A stretch of 41,721 nucleotides of DNA from a virus (lineage: Duplodnaviria > Caudoviricetes). The notes under the pieces were generated by a model. It was not told the origin of the DNA and did no database searches. It saw only the letters and a program-made list of their open reading frames with translations. Made by a program: the position numbers and the translations under genes. The stretch's first letter is position 1. Every line of letters starts with the position of its first letter. This document shows positions 1 to 9,889 of this stretch, one piece after another. The stretch is taken from positions 1-41,721 of the IMG/VR virus record IMGVR_UViG_3300037692_000203. The stretch is one strand, 5' to 3'.

Positions 1-76
1 GCTGCTGCTCCATTAATATCTTTATGCGACTTGGCAGCTTGTATCGCAAGCTGCGAACTTTTTGGATTTCGACCCG

Positions 77-108
77 AAAACAAAAAGGCCATCCCGAAAG
101 ATGGCCTT
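77..108 (-). terminator. Intrinsic terminator originally downstream of the tRNA-Asn 3' end
   Basis: Stem AAGGCCATC/GATGGCCTT (85-93, 100-108) followed on the minus strand by TTTGTTTT, 8 nt past the CCA of the att core. Confidence 0.85.
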
Positions 109-116
109 CAATATTC

Positions 117-126
117 TGGCTCCCCG
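117..126. repeat. Left att core TGGCTCCCCG
   Basis: Identical to 41618-41627; reverse complement of the tRNA 3' end CGGGGAGCCA. Confidence 0.88.
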
Positions 127-209
127 AGCGCTTCTTACTGCGAACCGCGAATGTTACTATCATCCTGCCTGATAGGTTCATCAAAAAAGCCGCTTAGCCC
201 ACCTGTAGC

Positions 210-236
210 GCCACTTTCCAGCCTGTTTTTGGCTTG
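210..236 (+). promoter_or_regulatory. Putative late promoter/activator motif, copy 1 (GCCA-N8-CCTGTTTTTGRCTTG)
   Basis: Same motif at 6010-6036 and 13962-13988, each upstream of a structural gene block. Confidence 0.7.
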
Positions 237-260
237 CCAGCTGCGTGGATACTGCGCAGC

Positions 261-1214
261 ATGGCAAAAGACCGTTCCAAACCGCTTTCCGAGATCACTT
301 TCCACTGCAAGCAGCCGAGCTGCTGCCGTTCGTTCAAGGCTGAGCCTGGGCGGGTGGTGGAGGCGGCTGAGCAGGAGCATCACCCGTTTGTGTATTTCGC
401 GGCCTGCCCCAGCTGCGGCACTGAGTGCGAGCAGGTTTATTGGGAACGTAATCTACTGATCGCGCATACGAAGGCGACGGGGCCGAAGACCGAGGAGGGT
501 AAGGCGGCGACGGCGGCCAATCTGGAAGGACATCCCACCAAGGAAGAGTCACTGCGCACGCGGTTCAATGCGATGCAGCATGGGCTGAATGCGCGGACGG
601 CGACGTATTTCCCATCAAAGCCTGACGGCTACGCCTTTTGTTCCGGCTGCGACGTAGATCGGGTGCATTGCAAGTCGCAGCCGGCCTGCGTGAAGAAGAC
701 CGAGCTGTTCATGCTGCATCACGCCGCCTTCGAGCAGCGCAATCCATCCCATCTGAAAGGCATCTACTCCGACCTGCAGGCCTCCATCTTCGCGATGGTG
801 CAGCAGATCATCCAGACCATCGTGGCGGACGGGGTGAAGGTCGAGCAGGTGGTGTGGGATCGAGATGCCGAGGGGAATGTCCGGGTGGCGGAATACTTCG
901 ACGAGGATGGGAAGCGGCACATCATCCGCGAGAACATGATGGCGCACCCGCTGTTCAAGCCGCTGGGCGAGATGCTGAGCCGCGCCAACCTGTCGCTGGC
1001 GGATATGGGGATGACGCAGAAGGTGATCGAGGTGGAGGAGGATTCCTTCGGTCGCCTGGAGCACGAGCAGCAGGAGCAGGAAGATGTGCAGGCATTCCGG
1101 CAGCGCACCATGTCGTTGTTGGAGGGGATGGCGGAGAAGGTGCAGCGCGCGAACCGGCTGACTGAGACGGATGTGAAGTTGGTCGAGTATCAGCAGGAAG
1201 GTGGTGCTGGATGA
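261..1214 (+). CDS. Probable terminase small subunit (Cys-rich N-terminus)
   Basis: First late gene, upstream of TerL; TGPKTEEGK motif and CxxC pairs; start placed at ATG 261. Confidence 0.55.
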   Translation: MAKDRSKPLSEITFHCKQPSCCRSFKAEPGRVVEAAEQEHHPFVYFAACPSCGTECEQVYWERNLLIAHTKATGPKTEEGKAATAANLEGHPTKEESLRTRFNAMQHGLNARTATYFPSKPDGYAFCSGCDVDRVHCKSQPACVKKTELFMLHHAAFEQRNPSHLKGIYSDLQASIFAMVQQIIQTIVADGVKVEQVVWDRDAEGNVRVAEYFDEDGKRHIIRENMMAHPLFKPLGEMLSRANLSLADMGMTQKVIEVEEDSFGRLEHEQQEQEDVQAFRQRTMSLLEGMAEKVQRANRLTETDVKLVEYQQEGGAG

Positions 1215-1525
1215 AGCCGCCTAATTTCGCCCCGGTGTATGCCTGCATGTACCCAGATCTTGCAGAGGTGGCCAGAAACCATGGATATGCGCTCGCAGCG
1301 CACGGAAGTATGGCCAGAGACTTTGATCTGGTTTGTATTCCGTGGGTAGAGAGTCCGAGCTATCCGCAGGTGGTTGTGGATGCATTTTGCGAGCACTTCG
1401 CCATCCGGCAGGTGGGTGATCCGGAAATGCATCTCCATAACAGGCTAGTGTTCACAATCAGCGTTAAGTTCGGTGAATGTTTCATCGACCTGTCTTTCAT
1501 GCCCATATCCGGGGTCGTAAAGTGA
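1211..1525 (+). CDS. Hypothetical protein with HGS..D.D (nucleotidyltransferase-like) motif
   Basis: ATGA/GTGA overlaps with both neighbours; HGSMARDFDLV. Confidence 0.6.
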   Translation: MKPPNFAPVYACMYPDLAEVARNHGYALAAHGSMARDFDLVCIPWVESPSYPQVVVDAFCEHFAIRQVGDPEMHLHNRLVFTISVKFGECFIDLSFMPISGVVK

Positions 1526-3165
1526 CCCGCATCACCGCCGCCGATCGTCTCCGCCTTACCTCTCGTGCCGAGAAGGAGATCCTGCGTTACAAGGATGACC
1601 ATGCTTTGTGGCATAAGCATGTGCACGATGTGGAGCTGGATCCGTTCCAGCTGCTGCGGTGCATCGAGATGGATGAGAATCCGAACACCATCGATCTGTC
1701 GTGCCGTCGCGGGCGGAAGACTTCGACGAAGGAGCTTTACAACCTCAAGACGAATGCCTGCAATGCGCATCAGGAGCTTGGCATCTTCGCGCCGCGCTTG
1801 CAGCAGTCGCAGTCCAATCTCAATTACCACCTGGATGCCATCCGGCGCTCGCCGATGTTGAAGTCATACATCGAATACAAGAGCGGGCGCGAGCAGCTGG
1901 CGGACACGCGGTACCAGTTCGCGAATATGTCCAAGGCGAGCTGCTACGGCATCATGAGTCAGATCGACGGTGATGGCCTTTCGTGCGCGTCGCTCGAAGA
2001 GATCGACGACATGCCATCCGACCGGTTGTATTCGAGGCTGTTCCCGATGCTGGCCGGCACACAGCGCCTTGGCGCACCTGCTGGGACGATATTCAAGCCG
2101 CAAGTGCGCATCACGGGTGTGTTCAAAGGCGCAGACACGCTTTCTACGCTGATCGAATCGGGCAGTTATCACGTGCTGCCTATTGTGAATGTCTACCTCG
2201 CGCTGGAGCTGGGCATCCTCGACGAGGGATATATCGCGGGCAAGCGTGAGGAGATGAGCGAGGGTGAATACATCCGCCAATATCTGTGCAAGAACGTCTC
2301 TGCGCAGAACCACATCTGGGAGAAGTACATCCGCAAGGCGATGTCCACCGGATTGAAGGCACGACTTCCGATTGCAGAGCCTATGCCAGGGCAGCGCTAC
2401 AAGAAGCGCGGGCTGATCGCATTCGGGTATGACCATTCCGGACACGGCGAGAACCTGCAAGCGTCCAAGTCCGCCCTGGTGGTGATCGAGCAGATCGGCA
2501 ACTACATCACCTTCCCGTTCGTGAAGACTTGGCCAGCGGCGACAGATGACAAGGTTGTGCAGCGAGATCTGCGCGGATTCTGGGAATACTTCCGACCGGA
2601 CTATGCGATGGGCGATGCGTATGGCGTCGGCATGCTGACCGCGCTCAACGATGAGCTGTATGCACACGGCCTGACCGAGATCGACCGCCGCACCATCGGC
2701 GACGGAGCCAGCACCGCCACCACTTGGACGCAATGGCCGTTCGCCCCCATTCGCTTCGAGGGGATGACCAAGCACAGCATGGCCACGGCGCTGCGGGCCG
2801 CTTTCCACAACAGCCAGGCAGCCATCCCTTATTTCGACGATAACGATGTCGAGATTGCCGCCGGAGAAGATGGCGTCGTCATCCTCCCGCCCGGCGCCGA
2901 CACCAAGCTGCTCACCGGCCCGCCGGACTGGGTGGCCTTCGCGCGCCAGCTCGGCAACATCAAGACGCTGCCGACCAAAGCCAGCTATTCCAGTTACAAG
3001 ATGGTCAACGCGAAGATCGGCGACGACTTGTTCGACGCGGCTTGCGCGGGCGTGTGGGCGCTGGTGACGCGAGGCGAGAGTGCCACGATGGAGACGGTGA
3101 TCAGCCGAGGGACTGCGCAGACGCAGGCACAGTTGATGGGGATGCCGGAAAGGATCGCAGCGTGA
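1522..3165 (+). CDS. terL: Terminase large subunit
   Basis: Walker A-like SCRRGRKTS, Walker B-like SLEEIDD, nuclease acidic motifs GYDHS and DDLFDA; GTG start overlapping upstream stop. Confidence 0.85.
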   Translation: MTRITAADRLRLTSRAEKEILRYKDDHALWHKHVHDVELDPFQLLRCIEMDENPNTIDLSCRRGRKTSTKELYNLKTNACNAHQELGIFAPRLQQSQSNLNYHLDAIRRSPMLKSYIEYKSGREQLADTRYQFANMSKASCYGIMSQIDGDGLSCASLEEIDDMPSDRLYSRLFPMLAGTQRLGAPAGTIFKPQVRITGVFKGADTLSTLIESGSYHVLPIVNVYLALELGILDEGYIAGKREEMSEGEYIRQYLCKNVSAQNHIWEKYIRKAMSTGLKARLPIAEPMPGQRYKKRGLIAFGYDHSGHGENLQASKSALVVIEQIGNYITFPFVKTWPAATDDKVVQRDLRGFWEYFRPDYAMGDAYGVGMLTALNDELYAHGLTEIDRRTIGDGASTATTWTQWPFAPIRFEGMTKHSMATALRAAFHNSQAAIPYFDDNDVEIAAGEDGVVILPPGADTKLLTGPPDWVAFARQLGNIKTLPTKASYSSYKMVNAKIGDDLFDAACAGVWALVTRGESATMETVISRGTAQTQAQLMGMPERIAA

Positions 3166-3443
3166 GCTACGGCGCGCCGACGGCGGAGCAGATCGAGGCG
3201 GTGCGCGGGCATTTCTTCGTGCCGGGGTTCAAGTACAAGCTGGCCCCGAAGCGTCCGCTGCGCGAGCTGACGCAGCGCGAGAAAGATGTGGTGGCCGAGC
3301 GCCGCGCACAAGTGCATGCAATGGGACAGGACGCTGTGGATTTTGTGGCCGAGCTGCACAAGGCAGGAATGATCGACGGCTGGCGCAGCGTCGGGGATGT
3401 CGTGATATTCAATGAAGGGGAACATGATGAGCATGCTCAGTAA
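3162..3443 (+). CDS. Hypothetical protein
   Basis: GTGA overlap with the terL stop; fills the gap before the portal. Confidence 0.55.
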   Translation: MSYGAPTAEQIEAVRGHFFVPGFKYKLAPKRPLRELTQREKDVVAERRAQVHAMGQDAVDFVAELHKAGMIDGWRSVGDVVIFNEGEHDEHAQ

Positions 3444-4809
3444 GTTGTTCGGGCGCGGGAAGGGATCACCGCCTGCCGCCACCGAGACCAAGGTGCCGAA
3501 CGAATCGGCATCGTCGAAAGCTGGCACCAGCGAATCGGGCCGCCGCACCACGCCGGAGAACCAGCTCAAGTACGCCTACCGGATGATGTGGGTGGATCCT
3601 GAATTAAGGCAGGCAATCCTCGACATCCGCGATATGGACAAGTTGGACGGGCGGGTTAAGCGCATCCACAGCCGGGTGGCGCGCGACACCATCCGTGGTG
3701 GCCTGCTGTTCACGCAGGAACGTCCGAGCGCGGAGATGTTGCGCGAGTGGAATGTCTTCTCGCGCCGCCTGCAGCTCAACCGTGTGGAGAAACTGCGCTC
3801 CGATGCGCGCGGCCTGGTGATGGAGGGCAACCTACCGCTGCAGTGGGTGCTTGACCGAACCTTTAATGTCGACCAAGCGACGCGCATGCCTTCCGAGACC
3901 ATCATCCCCAACGTGGAAGACGATGGGCGCTTCAAGGATGTGACCAAGGCTTACAGCCAGTTCGACATCCTTACCGGCGCGGAAAAGACCGCGTTCCCGC
4001 TGTGGCAGATGACGCTGGCGCGCTACGACCCGGACAACTTCGACGACATGGGCAGCATGGGCCGCCCGTTCCTGGACGCCTCGCGCACCGTGTGGCGCAA
4101 GTTGAAGATGACCGACGAGGATCTGGTGATCCGCCGCCGTATGCGCGCACCGCTGCGCATGGCGCATGTGCTGGAAGGTGCCAAGGACGAAGACGTAGAG
4201 AAGTACCGCCTGCAGGTAGAGAAAGACCAGGCGCAAGGCGTCGTCACCGATTACTACTCCAACAAGAAGGGCGGCGTGAACCCCATCCAGGGCGATGCCA
4301 ATCTGGACCAGATCGCCGACATCGTGCACCTGCTCGACACCTTCTTTGCCGGTTCACCGCTGCCGAAGGGGATGATGGGATATACAGACGGGCTGGCGCG
4401 CGACATCCTGGAAGACCTGAAGTCTGCCTACTACGAGGAAGTGGACGCGCTGCAGGACACCTTGTCATGGGCTTACGAACAGGGCTTCCGGCTGCACCTG
4501 CTGCTCAAGGGCATCAATCCGGACGATCAGGAGTTCGAAGTCACCTTTGCAGAACTCCGCACAGAGAGCCTGACGCAGACCGCCGACAGAAGTCTAAAGT
4601 TGCAGGCGCTGGGGCTACCTGAAAGTCTGGTGTGGGAGGAGCTCGGCTTCGACCCGGTGACGGTGGCCGCGCGCCGGCAGTGGGAGCACGACACCAAGTA
4701 CAACCCATACCCTCCGGACGATGTGAGCGTGAAACCGCCGCCGGTGGTGAAGATCACACCGGGCAATGCGCGCAAGGGCAACTCAGGAACCAGCATAAGC
4801 AATGGCTGA
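3427..4809 (+). CDS. Portal protein
   Basis: ~460 aa directly after TerL; MGRPFL...RRRMRAP pattern resembles portals; start uncertain (3412-3433). Confidence 0.75.
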   Translation: MSMLSKLFGRGKGSPPAATETKVPNESASSKAGTSESGRRTTPENQLKYAYRMMWVDPELRQAILDIRDMDKLDGRVKRIHSRVARDTIRGGLLFTQERPSAEMLREWNVFSRRLQLNRVEKLRSDARGLVMEGNLPLQWVLDRTFNVDQATRMPSETIIPNVEDDGRFKDVTKAYSQFDILTGAEKTAFPLWQMTLARYDPDNFDDMGSMGRPFLDASRTVWRKLKMTDEDLVIRRRMRAPLRMAHVLEGAKDEDVEKYRLQVEKDQAQGVVTDYYSNKKGGVNPIQGDANLDQIADIVHLLDTFFAGSPLPKGMMGYTDGLARDILEDLKSAYYEEVDALQDTLSWAYEQGFRLHLLLKGINPDDQEFEVTFAELRTESLTQTADRSLKLQALGLPESLVWEELGFDPVTVAARRQWEHDTKYNPYPPDDVSVKPPPVVKITPGNARKGNSGTSISNG

Positions 4810-5908
4810 CCGGCTCGCGATACAGGCCGCCATCAAGCGCGCGACCGATCTGGCGCAGCAGGAAACGACTGCGCTCGATGGGCGGGCGATGGATGAGCTG
4901 GAACGCTTGTATCAGTCCGCAGCGGAAGACATCCGCAACATCATCATCCAGGGCGCTGGCCAGAATGGCGATATCAACCAGACAGATCTGAACGCGCTGC
5001 TGGACAAGATCGATGCGCGCCTCAAGGAGCTGGCGGATCGCCGGGACACGATGTTGAAGTCGGTGATCGACGAGGCGGCCAGCCTGGCGGCATGGGCGGG
5101 CACTGCCGCCGCCATCTCGGCCATGACTTATCTGTTCCTTGGGCGCGTGCCGCGCAAGCCAGACGGCAAGGCAGACATGGCATTCGAGATCACCGGGATG
5201 TCCATTGAATACGGCCTCGATCCGAAGGAGGGCGAGACCATCTCCGACAAGGCGGCGGAATATGTATGGGACTTTCTCGGGCCGGACAAGTTGCGCCTGT
5301 CAGACCGCATCTGGCGGCTCGATCGCATGGCCAGCGATGTGCTGGCCGATGCCGTCCGTAACGCCATTGCTCAAGGCAGCAGCGCATCGGCGACGGCGCT
5401 GGACTTCCTCAAGCGCGGCGAACCCATCCCCGCAGATGTCGCCGCGCGCATGGGCATGCAGAACGGTGTGCGCATCGGCTCGCAGGCTCTGAATCTGCTC
5501 ACGGGTGAGGGCGGCACGCCGCTCTATAACGCCATGCGCGTGTTCCGCACTGAGATCAACCGCGCCCACATCGAGGCCTATCGCAAAGGCATACAGCAAG
5601 TGCCCGGCGCGGTCGGCACGCGCTTCATGCTCTCCCCGCTGCATCCACAACACGACATCTGCGACCTGCACGCCACAGCCAACCTGTACGGACTCGGGCG
5701 CGGCGTCTATCCATTCGGCAAGAGTCCGCTACCAGCCCACCCCAACACCATCAGCTACGAGGTGGTGGTGTTCGATGATGAAGTGACCGACGCAGACCGC
5801 GAGGGAAAGGAAACCCAGCAAGCCGCCCTTGCGCGCCTCACGCCCGCGCAGCGCATCGGCGCGATGGGTGTCGGTCGCGCTGCCGCATTCGCCGCCGCGC
5901 ATCTGTAA
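4802..5908 (+). CDS. Head morphogenesis / minor capsid protein (Mu gpF / SPP1 gp7-like)
   Basis: Follows portal; RTEINRA, CDLHA and PLPAHPNT motifs. Confidence 0.7.
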   Translation: MADRLAIQAAIKRATDLAQQETTALDGRAMDELERLYQSAAEDIRNIIIQGAGQNGDINQTDLNALLDKIDARLKELADRRDTMLKSVIDEAASLAAWAGTAAAISAMTYLFLGRVPRKPDGKADMAFEITGMSIEYGLDPKEGETISDKAAEYVWDFLGPDKLRLSDRIWRLDRMASDVLADAVRNAIAQGSSASATALDFLKRGEPIPADVAARMGMQNGVRIGSQALNLLTGEGGTPLYNAMRVFRTEINRAHIEAYRKGIQQVPGAVGTRFMLSPLHPQHDICDLHATANLYGLGRGVYPFGKSPLPAHPNTISYEVVVFDDEVTDADREGKETQQAALARLTPAQRIGAMGVGRAAAFAAAHL

Positions 5909-5942
5909 CAGGGTTATCCACGCAATCTGTGGATAACCCTGT
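5908..5942. repeat. Perfect 14-bp inverted repeat containing two DnaA-box-like 9-mers
   Basis: ACAGGGTTATCCAC-gcaatct-GTGGATAACCCTGT. Confidence 0.85.
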
Positions 5943-6009
5943 CGATTAAATCCCACCCCTCCAATGCTTTCGCGACCTGCGTCGGCATGATCGTTTTTTA
6001 ATCCGCACT

Positions 6010-6036
6010 GCCATCTTTGCACCTGTTTTTGGCTTG
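6010..6036 (+). promoter_or_regulatory. Putative late promoter/activator motif, copy 2
   Basis: GCCA-TCTTTGCA-CCTGTTTTTGGCTTG upstream of the capsid gene. Confidence 0.7.
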
Positions 6037-6150
6037 ACCAATCCACGAAACTCGCTCTCAACCTGAGAAGGCCAAACCACCTGCAGCGGGTCACACAGCT
6101 CGCTCGCTCCGTTCTCTGTTGCGGGTGGTTTTTCAGATCGAGAGGGACGT

Positions 6151-8724
6151 ATGCTGAAAATGAGATCATGCAGAATCATGCTTGAAGCGCCCAGCCTGGA
6201 CGGGCTGCGTCGTTTCGTCGCCGAGTTGCCGAAGAACCTGTCGCTGGATGGCGAGGTTCCTCAGACATGGGTGACGGTCACCAAGATCGGCCACTTCTAC
6301 GATCCCCGCTATGGAGATTTCGACATCACCCGCGACATGCTGCTGGCGATGATCGACAACTTCAACAAGCGAACCTACGGTCAGGACATCTTCCTCGACG
6401 TTGCGCATGCGCCATCGCACGGCGCTGCTGCGAAGTTCCTGAAGCTGTCGCTTGAAGGCAACAAGCTGCGCGCGCTCCTGGAGTGGACGCCGTTCGGCAT
6501 CGAGGCCGTCAAGGAACGCGGATTCAAGTATCTCTCCGCCGACTACACCGAGAACTACCAGGACAACGAACAACGCGCCCAGCATGGCCCATTGCTGTTT
6601 GGCGCAGGGCTGACCATTCGCCCGGTCATCAAGGGTCTGGACCCCGTCCAACTCTCCGAGCCGGATGAAGCGCCGCCCACCTTTTTACATCCCGATTTGC
6701 AAACCAATCTATTACAGGAGATCCAAGCCATGCATAAGCAACTCGCCGCACAACTGAAAGCACTGCTCGCCGGAATCATCATGCTGTCCGAGCCGATGCG
6801 CGCCCAACTGATCGCAGCATTCGAAACCGCTGTGCAACCCATCACCGACGAAGTCAAAGCCAAGGAGCTGATGGAATCGTTCGCTACCACCGGCAAAACG
6901 CTGGCCGAACAGGTCGTCGCGGGCAACAAGGAGATCAACCTCTCCGTGTCTGGTGGCCTGACCGCTGCCGACGTGCAGCGCATCCTCGCCGAAGGAAAAG
7001 CCGCCGAAGCTGCAGCAGCCAAGCAACTCGCCGAAGGCAAAGCCGCCAACGTCAAGCTGTTGAGCGACACGATCAACGCCGCCACTGGCATCGACGAAGC
7101 GACCAAGAAGGAACTGTCCGAGTCCGTTGCCGACCTGATCACGCCGGAGATGTCGGCTGAGCAGGTGAAGAAGTTGGCCGAGAACCAGATCGCGATGGGT
7201 AACAAGGTGGCCGCCGCCCAGCAGCTTTCTGCGTTGGGTTTTTCGCGTCCGGCCGGCAGCGTCCACCTCTCGGTGGATTCGTCCAACGAGGTGAAGTCTC
7301 TGCAGGAAGAGGTCGACAAGCGCATGTTCTCCAGCATGCCAGGTCATCAGCGTTACAAGCTGTCGAACGGTGCGCAGATCGAAGGCAACAAAGCGATGGT
7401 CGATAAAGCGTTGGCACTGTACGACGCACAGAACGGCCATCGTCTGCATGCCGAGTACAAGGCGCACAAGCAGCTGGCCTCTGGTGATTCCGTGGTGGGT
7501 GATGTGGCTGTTCCTGCGATCTTCGAGCGTACCGTGCTGCGCGAGGCGCTGTTCCAGCTGGTTGGCTTGGGTCTGTGCGATGTCGGTACCGACAACTTCA
7601 GCGCCACCATCAGCATCCCCTACAGCTACCGCGACACTGGCGGCGCTGGCGTTTCCGGCGTGCGCAAGTACGAAGGGCAATCCATCCTGCGTGCTGCGGT
7701 GAAGCAAGCGCTGGACGAAGCCCGTCCCATCCCGCAGAAGCTGGCGTTCGAAGTGTCGGACGAGCTGCGTTACCTGGTGGGCAACGGTCAGATCAACTGG
7801 GACATCGTGGCCGATAACGCCCGCAACGCTACCCGCATCATCGGCGAAGACTCCGAGAGCCTGATCTTCAACGAGCACCTGAACGCCGCCGACCAGTACG
7901 GCGCTGTGGCGGTGACCGACGAAGCAACGGCAACGGCAGACGGCACGAAGACCATCTTCTGCACCACCAACTTCCCCGTGGTGCGTCCGAAGAAGGTGTA
8001 CGACCTGGCAGGTTCGCAAGTCGGCAGCACGCTGTATCCGGTGGTGGTGAAGAGCAACGCGGTCGCCATCACCGAGTATGACGGCACCGGCACGCAGTCC
8101 GCTGGCCTGTACTACTCCATCGACTACAACCTGGGCGAAGTGAGCTTTGTGGACGAGGCCGGCGCACCGAGCGCACCGACCAACACGCACCTCATCGTCT
8201 GCTCCTACAGCTACACCAGCAACGTGTTCAAGTGGGACAGCGACCTTGGCTCTCTGGCAGCGGAAGACAAGTACAACGACTTCCTGTATCGCTTCGGCCT
8301 GCGCAAGGCTGCGATCGAGGACCGCGCGTACATGGCAACCATGGGCCTGATGAGCGGCACGCTGCGCACCCAGGTTGAGCAAGCCAAGCAGTTCGGCGCG
8401 AACTTCAAACGTCCCGGCACCGACCTGATGGCCGACGGCAACCTCGGCCAGATCAAGGACGTGTCCTGCTTCCGCAGCTACGCACCCGGCCTGAACATGG
8501 GCGATGTGCGCACCGTGATCGGCGAGCGCGGCACCGTTCGCTATCGCTTGCTGAAGGCCTGGCAGATGGGTCAGCTGCAAGACCAGAAGGACGCCAACGG
8601 CCGCTTCACCGGCAAGAAAGAAGCCTACGGCGACCAGTTCGTTGTGGTGCACACACCGGTGAACCTGAAGGGCGCATTGACCTCGATGGTGGTGTATTCC
8701 GCCACCGGCCGCGTCGACCGCTAA
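6151..8724 (+). CDS. Fused prohead protease (Mu gpI-like) / scaffold / major capsid protein
   Basis: N-terminal DVAH...EWTPFG...FKYLSADY resembles Mu-type protease; Ala/Glu/Lys helical middle; capsid-sized C-terminal half; strong SD GAGGG; no separate capsid gene seen. Confidence 0.75.
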   Translation: MLKMRSCRIMLEAPSLDGLRRFVAELPKNLSLDGEVPQTWVTVTKIGHFYDPRYGDFDITRDMLLAMIDNFNKRTYGQDIFLDVAHAPSHGAAAKFLKLSLEGNKLRALLEWTPFGIEAVKERGFKYLSADYTENYQDNEQRAQHGPLLFGAGLTIRPVIKGLDPVQLSEPDEAPPTFLHPDLQTNLLQEIQAMHKQLAAQLKALLAGIIMLSEPMRAQLIAAFETAVQPITDEVKAKELMESFATTGKTLAEQVVAGNKEINLSVSGGLTAADVQRILAEGKAAEAAAAKQLAEGKAANVKLLSDTINAATGIDEATKKELSESVADLITPEMSAEQVKKLAENQIAMGNKVAAAQQLSALGFSRPAGSVHLSVDSSNEVKSLQEEVDKRMFSSMPGHQRYKLSNGAQIEGNKAMVDKALALYDAQNGHRLHAEYKAHKQLASGDSVVGDVAVPAIFERTVLREALFQLVGLGLCDVGTDNFSATISIPYSYRDTGGAGVSGVRKYEGQSILRAAVKQALDEARPIPQKLAFEVSDELRYLVGNGQINWDIVADNARNATRIIGEDSESLIFNEHLNAADQYGAVAVTDEATATADGTKTIFCTTNFPVVRPKKVYDLAGSQVGSTLYPVVVKSNAVAITEYDGTGTQSAGLYYSIDYNLGEVSFVDEAGAPSAPTNTHLIVCSYSYTSNVFKWDSDLGSLAAEDKYNDFLYRFGLRKAAIEDRAYMATMGLMSGTLRTQVEQAKQFGANFKRPGTDLMADGNLGQIKDVSCFRSYAPGLNMGDVRTVIGERGTVRYRLLKAWQMGQLQDQKDANGRFTGKKEAYGDQFVVVHTPVNLKGALTSMVVYSATGRVDR

Positions 8725-8786
8725 CCAACCAAGCCACCCCGCCGCAGTGATGCGGTGGGGCTTCGGCCATTAAAGGAGCAAGCGAG

Positions 8787-9266
8787 ATGGAAAAGAGAAT
8801 CTGGGTCCACAACCCCACCAAGACAAACTTGCACGTCGGCGCAGATATCGTGCCGCCGGGCGAGACCAAAGACTTCCCCGAAAGCCGTGTGCCGCGTCAC
8901 CTGCGTCCGGTGGAGAAGAAAGAAGAAGCACCGGTCGAGAAGACCAACCCGCTGGCCGACCTGCTCAAAGGCTCGGTGAAAGATATCGTCCCCGGTCTGG
9001 ATGCGCTGTCCACCGCCGACCTTGAGGCGCTGGGCGAGCTGGAGCAGTTGGCAGAGAAGCCGCGCACCACTTTGCTCTCCGCCATCGCCGAGCTGCTGCT
9101 GAACCGCGCCGCGCAGGCTGACATGCTGGCCAAGGCCGCCGCCTTCAGCGATGCCGATCTGGCTGTGGCGCTGGAAGATGCCAAGACCGATATCAACGTC
9201 GATCCGGACTATCTGACCGCGTTGGAAGCTGAAGCCGCCAAGCGCAATCCGGGATCTGCCGAGTAA
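8787..9266 (+). CDS. Hypothetical head-associated protein
   Basis: SD AAGGAG; follows capsid gene. Confidence 0.65.
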   Translation: MEKRIWVHNPTKTNLHVGADIVPPGETKDFPESRVPRHLRPVEKKEEAPVEKTNPLADLLKGSVKDIVPGLDALSTADLEALGELEQLAEKPRTTLLSAIAELLLNRAAQADMLAKAAAFSDADLAVALEDAKTDINVDPDYLTALEAEAAKRNPGSAE

Positions 9267-9889
9267 TGTCCGGCACCATGTCCCAAGCTGATCTGGTCGC
9301 GGATCTGAAGGCTTCCCTTCAGGACGCGGCCAATTTGTTCGTCGCGGAAGCAGATGCCGATTTCATCCGGCATCTGCTTGTCGCGGCCTTGGCGTTCGGC
9401 CGCAAGCGTCCGCGCACCTTGCTGGGACAACTCACGCTGGTGGCAGATCAGGACGCCTACGATGCGCCGGCGGACTTTGTTTCCTTCAAGTCGGACCTGT
9501 GGGGCATCGGTGGGCGCAAATACCAGCCGTGGGAGACGAACTATCCGGGCCGTTTGCCGGATGTCTCGGTCGTGGGTGATGTGGGCGCGCAGGTGATCTA
9601 TCTGAGCCCGGCGCCGACCGCCTTCCAGATCGGCGTGTTGGGTTCGGCCTACAAGTTCTATTACTTCGCCGCGCACAGCATCAGCACCACGGCTGCCAGC
9701 ACCACGATCCAGCCCGCAGACCGTGGGCTGCTGCTGCTGCGCGCGCAAGCCGAGGCGATGAAGGAGATGGCGATGCGCAACATCGGCAAGCCGGTCTCGA
9801 TGCGCGACGGGATGTCGCAAGGCCCGCGCAACGGCACCCCGTCATTCCTGTTTGAAACCCTGATGCAGCAATTCGAAGGAGCAATGTGA
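9266..9889 (+). CDS. Putative head-tail adaptor
   Basis: Position and size; coupled to the upstream stop. Confidence 0.55.
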   Translation: MSGTMSQADLVADLKASLQDAANLFVAEADADFIRHLLVAALAFGRKRPRTLLGQLTLVADQDAYDAPADFVSFKSDLWGIGGRKYQPWETNYPGRLPDVSVVGDVGAQVIYLSPAPTAFQIGVLGSAYKFYYFAAHSISTTAASTTIQPADRGLLLLRAQAEAMKEMAMRNIGKPVSMRDGMSQGPRNGTPSFLFETLMQQFEGAM

